A DNA stretch of 28,807 bases, from contig JAPEUD010000026.1 of the NCBI GenBank assembly GCA_026026165.1, positions 248,001 through 276,807 of the forward strand. The letters run 5' to 3'. The notes below the pieces were generated by a model. The model ran no database searches and was not told the DNA's origin. It was given only the letters and a program-made list of their open reading frames with translations. The number at the start of each line of letters is the position of its first letter. Within the stretch, counting starts at the first letter, position 1. Shown here piece by piece: positions 24,194-28,807 of this stretch. Made by a program: the position numbers and the translations under genes. Origin of the DNA: Sarea resinae. Lineage: Eukaryota.

Positions 24194-25108
24194 TCACATG
24201 ATGATGCATCTCTTTGGCCTAAGCTTACCTGTGTTGCGATCACTTCTGCACTTTAGATTCTTGTTTCCTGCATGAGAAGCCATCGCGACATCCACCACCT
24301 TCGAGATATCAAACGTCGCCAACTCTGACCTCCTATAACCTTTCTGGTTTGCCACAACGCGCTTATTTGTCTGTGGATCCTGGACATCGCAATTAAAATG
24401 CGTGTGTCCAAATGCCCACAGCCCAACGTTTGGACTTGTCCAGCACTTTTGATTGGAGATGTCAGTGACGAAAGCAGATCGGATCTGAGCAGAATCATCC
24501 ATGTGCCTAGGATCATTGCAAGCCTCGAGCGTCGTTGGGCTATGGTGTGTGAAAATGGCAATTGAGCGTTCTGGCTCATGCAGTGCAAGCTCTGCAACCT
24601 GACTGTTTAGCCAGTTCACATCGGTATCATGTGCAGCACAATGCATGTCCACAGTCCAATCGATGATGTTGGAGAAATCGGAGACGAAGCAAGCTACCGA
24701 TTGCCGCTGTTCGGGCAAGATGCAGGAAAATAGCGTGCATCCCAGAATAGTCACGCTGTCTGTGAGATCGTACCTCGTGCGATCCAGAAAGACAAATCTG
24801 CCTGAAACTGAACCTTGCGATATGCGCCGTCGCTCCATATTTTCCTCGAAGGCGCGAACGCTAGCTTTTGCAGCAGAGAAGTCCATCCCGTACGGCTCGT
24901 GATTGCCTAAGAGGAAGAAGACAATCTCGAATCGACGCAATTGTTCTTCCAGGAAACCGAAAAGCCGTGGATCCGCAGCGCTCCCTATATCTCCTAGGAG
25001 AGCGAGAAACCGACATTGAGGCTGAATCTCGAATTCTTCGTATGTAGGCCGTGCTTGCGGGGTCTCCAAGTGGAGATCGGACATGATCTGAAGCCGTATG
25101 GAGGACAT
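24194..25108 (-). CDS. Calcineurin-like metallophosphoesterase, intronless, 304 aa, with C-terminal CaaX (CIIM)
   Basis: All five metallophosphoesterase motifs are present in order: SDLHLE, LGDIG, LGNHE, FTHHSP, FGHTH, followed by NQKGY. Confidence 0.92.
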   Translation of the reverse strand: MSSIRLQIMSDLHLETPQARPTYEEFEIQPQCRFLALLGDIGSAADPRLFGFLEEQLRRFEIVFFLLGNHEPYGMDFSAAKASVRAFEENMERRRISQGSVSGRFVFLDRTRYDLTDSVTILGCTLFSCILPEQRQSVACFVSDFSNIIDWTVDMHCAAHDTDVNWLNSQVAELALHEPERSIAIFTHHSPTTLEACNDPRHMDDSAQIRSAFVTDISNQKCWTSPNVGLWAFGHTHFNCDVQDPQTNKRVVANQKGYRRSELATFDISKVVDVAMASHAGNKNLKCRSDRNTGKLRPKRCIIM

Positions 25109-25979
25109 GCTGGAACGACTTGTGATCGATTCGTCTTCGCAGAGCCACTAGCCTCCCGATAGTGAAGGTTCTGTATTGCAGAAAACTTTAGGACATTCTT
25201 TGAGCTCTTATAACGAGAGCCTGGTTCAGAAGATCGCTTGATATCCACAAGCGCTGGAGCTCTCATCCATGTGGTTCTGGTGGTCGAAGGAGTACTCGGG
25301 AATTTCCATGGGCTGAGATATCGGCTAACCACATTATTTCATTTGCCCATTTACTCCGTGCTCTGTACTCGCCGCAAGTGGATGATTTGATTGGTCAGTA
25401 GCCGCAGGTCTGTCCAGGGCTGTGTAACACCAAACACCCCAAGTCACAGCTCTCCCGAGTATTGATTTTTGACGCATCTTGGAATAATTATAACTCCAGC
25501 GCGAAGCCGTGCCAAGGGCCTTGGGCCAATAGATGTCAATTTCAGTCATGTTTCATGACCGGCGACAATTCCTTCCAAACATCGCTCAGAATGGGTGATA
25601 ACAATGGTTTCGACTCAGCCCTTTCAATATCATCATATGACGGCGCTATAAACAGCCAATCGTAGCCAGGAAGCTTGCGCGGCGTCAGCACATGTTTGAA
25701 CCTAATCAACAGCGCCTAATCCTGGTTTCTTTACTCTGCTTTCGCTATGCACCTTTATCGAAGAGGAGAAAAGTTGCATGAGTCTCAAGATGGTAGGTTG
25801 ATGAGAAGACTGGCCTACTATATGTACCGCTTCCTCTGACTCTCGTTGCGAGCTGCTCTGCGCCCTCTGTAATACCAACTCCTTTCTATCGACATCGAGT
25901 ACTTTGTTCGTTCCTTACAGTTCCGTCTCCGCGATCACTGCTGAGTCTTGTATTGTGAATTGTCCCCATCATATCTATC

Positions 25980-26888
25980 ATGGGTTGCGGCAGCTCCAAG
26001 CAAGCTGACAGCAGGCCTGCGTCCGCAAGGCCTGTACCTTCACGGCGAGCCCACCCTGTAGAGTTGCAGCACATGGGAGCAGCATCTACCAGCGGCACAC
26101 AAACAAATCCAGAGCGAACTGGCAAGCCGATGAGCCCAAAGGTAAGGGCTGAACTTCTCAATGCCACCCACAGGGCATTTGGAGATCTGGACTACTGTGT
26201 CATTGGAGGATGCGCGCTCGCTGAATACGGCAATCAGCGGGGAACGTCAGATTTAGATGTCATGGTTCCGCATGAGATATCGGAGGTTGTCACCGGCCAA
26301 TTGCTTTCTCATGGAATAGTGCGAACGGCTCGGGGTGGACTTGGGTAAGTGGCATCATCTCTATCACCCATCAGCTCCATCAGTGATCGTTGCGATATCT
26401 ATTTCTTTGCTGTTTTCAAACCCCTTTTTTTGTGATCCCAAGCCGTCAAGAAGGGATTGCTTACAAACTTTAGCTACATCGCCTCCAACGGTCAATGTTA
26501 CGGACTCGACATCACGACAGACCGAGCAGTTGGGCAAAGATTCCCCAACACTCAACAGGTATCAGGCACTACGGCTCGACTGATGCCTATCCGATCCCTC
26601 TTAAATTCCAAAGCCTACTCCTACATGACTCGGGCAGGGTCCGACGCGTCCGTGAAGAAGTCTAGCGACGCCCAGGACATCCTCTTCATTGTCAACAACA
26701 TGCGGATGAACAATCTCGTCACCAACCGGAACGAATGTCCCTGGGTCGTCGATTACGACTTCTGGACCGAGTTCTGCCAGAGGTACCCAAGGGCGGAAAA
26801 TGATTTTCGGTCTCTAGGCTTGCAAAGAGATGCAACGCCAAATTCCAGTCATCGATCAAGCAGGAGTCGGGCAAGTAGTCGGACTTGA
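25980..26888 (+). CDS. Minimal (AbiEii/MenT-like, pol-beta fold) nucleotidyltransferase, ~259 aa, 2 exons, N-terminal MGCGSSK
   Basis: Exons 25980-26344 and 26474-26888; intron GTAAGT..GCTTAC..TAG restores the frame. Motif VIGGCALAEYGNQRGTSDLDVMV (GG + DxD), a third Asp in GLDI, and C-terminal LLNSK..R..K..DAQDI. Confidence 0.8.
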
Positions 26889-27425
26889 GAACTAGACGTG
26901 TAGCACGAAGAATGCAAACATTGTAAATCAATCAGGCAAAATTACGTGATATATGGGACGCGTTGGCTGCTCCATAATTGTAGACAAAACTACGCTCAAA
27001 AGTATACACAACAACCCATTAAAATGTCGAGCTATTCTTAGACTGCAGAGCGCGAGTTAGTGTCATATGAGGTGCAGCTTTGCTTTATAGAGAAAATGGT
27101 CGGATATATTATATAATACAGCATTTGATGGCAATATCCATAGTATCAGTTCCGCATCGCCAGGGTGACGCCAGCACGCCGCAGTGCACTAGCCTATTCG
27201 ATCGTGCTATTCCTACCTACTCTACCATAGCTAGAAGTCCAGGAGGCAGTCTGACAGAATTTCACCAACAGATTGATAGAAAGATACAAAGTACCTCACC
27301 TCCCAAAGTCAATTTGATCATCCACTTGTCATCGAATCTTCCTCGGACGGAATTCATATCCCAATTCAACGCTCTCACGCCTTCTCTCCCCGGTCAATCA
27401 CGCCTTCAAAATCCCAGAACAGACA

Positions 27426-28724
27426 ATGGCTGAATCAGGGACGCCCGTGGCGCCATCGTCCACGAATCCAATCGTCTTCTTCGACGTCGCGCTTGGAGGT
27501 ACGTCGATATCAATCAATCTCCCGGCCCCCGTTCATGGCCCCCTCTTCATAGAGCCCAACAGCAAGGCCATGATTGTTATGCTCTTCCTTGTCTTGAGTC
27601 CTTTCACCCTTTTACGATCGTGCTTGCGTCTTTACTCCAGCGGCTGCTTCTTTCTTGATCACGTGATTATCAAAGCCCTGAACCCCCCAGCCCTCACATC
27701 CATTTCCGTTCCATTCTCCTTTTCATCATCACTATGCAGCCAGCTAGTTCTCTATATATTACCTGCTTTCATTTTTATACAGCCCCTCTCTTTACGCTAC
27801 CTTTGTATCGCCTTACCCTACACCGTCCTGACCAACAAACACTCTACCCTCAATCCTTTCAAGCCTTTACGTTTCCCCTTCCCCCCAAGCCTACTGCATC
27901 CCGCTCTTCTAACCACAAAGTAACAGGCGAGCCGCTCGGCCGCATAAAGATGGAGCTATTCTCCTCGATCGTGCCGCGCACCGCCGAGAACTTCCGCCAA
28001 TTCTGCACCGGGGAGACGAGATCGCCACTCGGGCGACCACAGGGGTATAAGGGGAGCAAATTCCACCGCGTCGTAAGGCCCCTCTATCCCTCCTCTCCTC
28101 TCCTCTCCTCTCCTCTCCTCTCCTCTCCTCTCCCCCCTCTACACACCCTATCCCTCCTCTTCATCGCCCGAAGCTCTCTTTTCTATCCTCTTCTCAGCAA
28201 AACTAACCACAAGGCCCACGGACCGGGGGGCGCGCGGAAACCCAGATCAAAGACTTCATGATCCAGGGCGGCGATTTCCTGAACGGCGACGGCACGGGCT
28301 CGACCTCGATCTACGGCACCAAGAGCTTCGCGGACGAGAACTTCACCCTGAAGCATGACCGCCCGGGCCTACTCTCCATGGCCGTAGGTCCCACCCCCTT
28401 ACCCCTTTCCCCCTTGTCCCCTCCCCCCCCGGAAACTCTCGCACATCCTCCCTTCCCTCCCTCCCATCCCATCCCACCAACATGATTCACCGACTAAGTC
28501 GCTCAATCCAGAACTCGGGCCCCAACACCAACGGCTCCCAGTTCTTCATCACGACAGTGCCGACGCCCTTCCTGAACAACAAACACGTCGTCTTTGGCGC
28601 GGTGCTGACCGACGACGCCGACGGCGGCGCCAGCATGGACGTGGTGCGCAAGATCGAGAACGTGCGGACCAACCGCGAGAAGCCCGCCATGGATGTCGTC
28701 ATCACCATGTGTGGCGAGATGTAA
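27426..28724 (+). CDS. PPIH: Peptidyl-prolyl cis-trans isomerase H (U4/U6 snRNP cyclophilin), ~189 aa, 4 exons
   Basis: Exons 27426-27498, 27927-28072, 28246-28383, 28512-28724. [62 protein letters not shown] in LNNKHVVFG context, and a C-terminal CGEM typical of CypH. Confidence 0.93.
27570..27681 (+). ncRNA. Possible intronic box C/D snoRNA in PPIH intron 1 (tentative)
   Basis: C-like ATGATTG (27570), D'-like TTGA (27655), C'-like GTGATTA (27663) and D box CTGA (27678) lie in the expected order inside a 428-nt intron. The C box is non-canonical and no target was identified. Confidence 0.3.
28093..28133. repeat. (CTCTC)n pentanucleotide repeat in PPIH intron 2
   Basis: ctctcctctcctctcctctc... 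about 8 units. Confidence 0.9.
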
Positions 28725-28807
28725 GTAAGGTAGGTAGGTAGCGGTTTGAACTTGGGGGGTTTGGTATGTTTTGTTTTTGGTGGTGGGTGGGGGGGGGGGG
28801 GGGGTGA

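Noticed and set aside
15409..26888. Functional link between ALA1 and the MenT-like NTase (tRNA-end modification)
   Set aside because: They are separated by ~7 kb and an unrelated gene; proximity alone is not evidence in a fungal genome.
22900..27400. Transposon or Starship boundaries around the three-gene block
   Set aside because: No transposase or tyrosine recombinase ORF, terminal inverted repeat, target-site duplication or clear RIP-like AT-rich relic could be seen by eye.
27426..27923. 165-aa hydrophobic ORF reading through PPIH intron 1
   Set aside because: The hydrophobicity reflects a pyrimidine-rich intron; splicing at 27498/27927 restores canonical cyclophilin.

Overview
Gene-dense eukaryotic DNA from a filamentous ascomycete (Pezizomycotina-like), judged from short GT-AG introns with CTRAC-type branch sites. 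I reconstruct 11 protein-coding genes by hand-splicing. Eight are conserved or ordinary fungal genes: a secreted GH16 glucanase, VPS8, a GPALPP/DUF3752 protein, an RCR-family membrane adaptor, a conserved hypothetical protein, alanyl-tRNA synthetase with an upstream in-frame mitochondrial extension, a TM RING-H2 E3 ligase, and cyclophilin H. The most interesting part is an intron-poor three-gene block (23.3-26.9 kb) between the RING ligase and cyclophilin H. It encodes (i) a minimal AbiEii/MenT-like nucleotidyltransferase with an N-terminal MGCGSSK myristoylation/palmitoylation signal, (ii) a divergently transcribed calcineurin-like metallophosphoesterase ending in a polybasic CaaX box (KLRPKR-CIIM), and (iii) a protein whose N-terminal motif aligns without gaps to the nucleotidyltransferase motif but lacks the catalytic residues. 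Together these suggest, as inference only, a membrane-anchored writer/eraser/pseudoenzyme or toxin-antitoxin-like module. Other observations are a possible intronic C/D snoRNA in cyclophilin H, frequent AAG splice acceptors, and sharp GC3 rises in exons next to microsatellite-rich tracts. No tRNA, rRNA, CRISPR array or recognisable transposon was seen. All calls come from reading the sequence; no searches were run.
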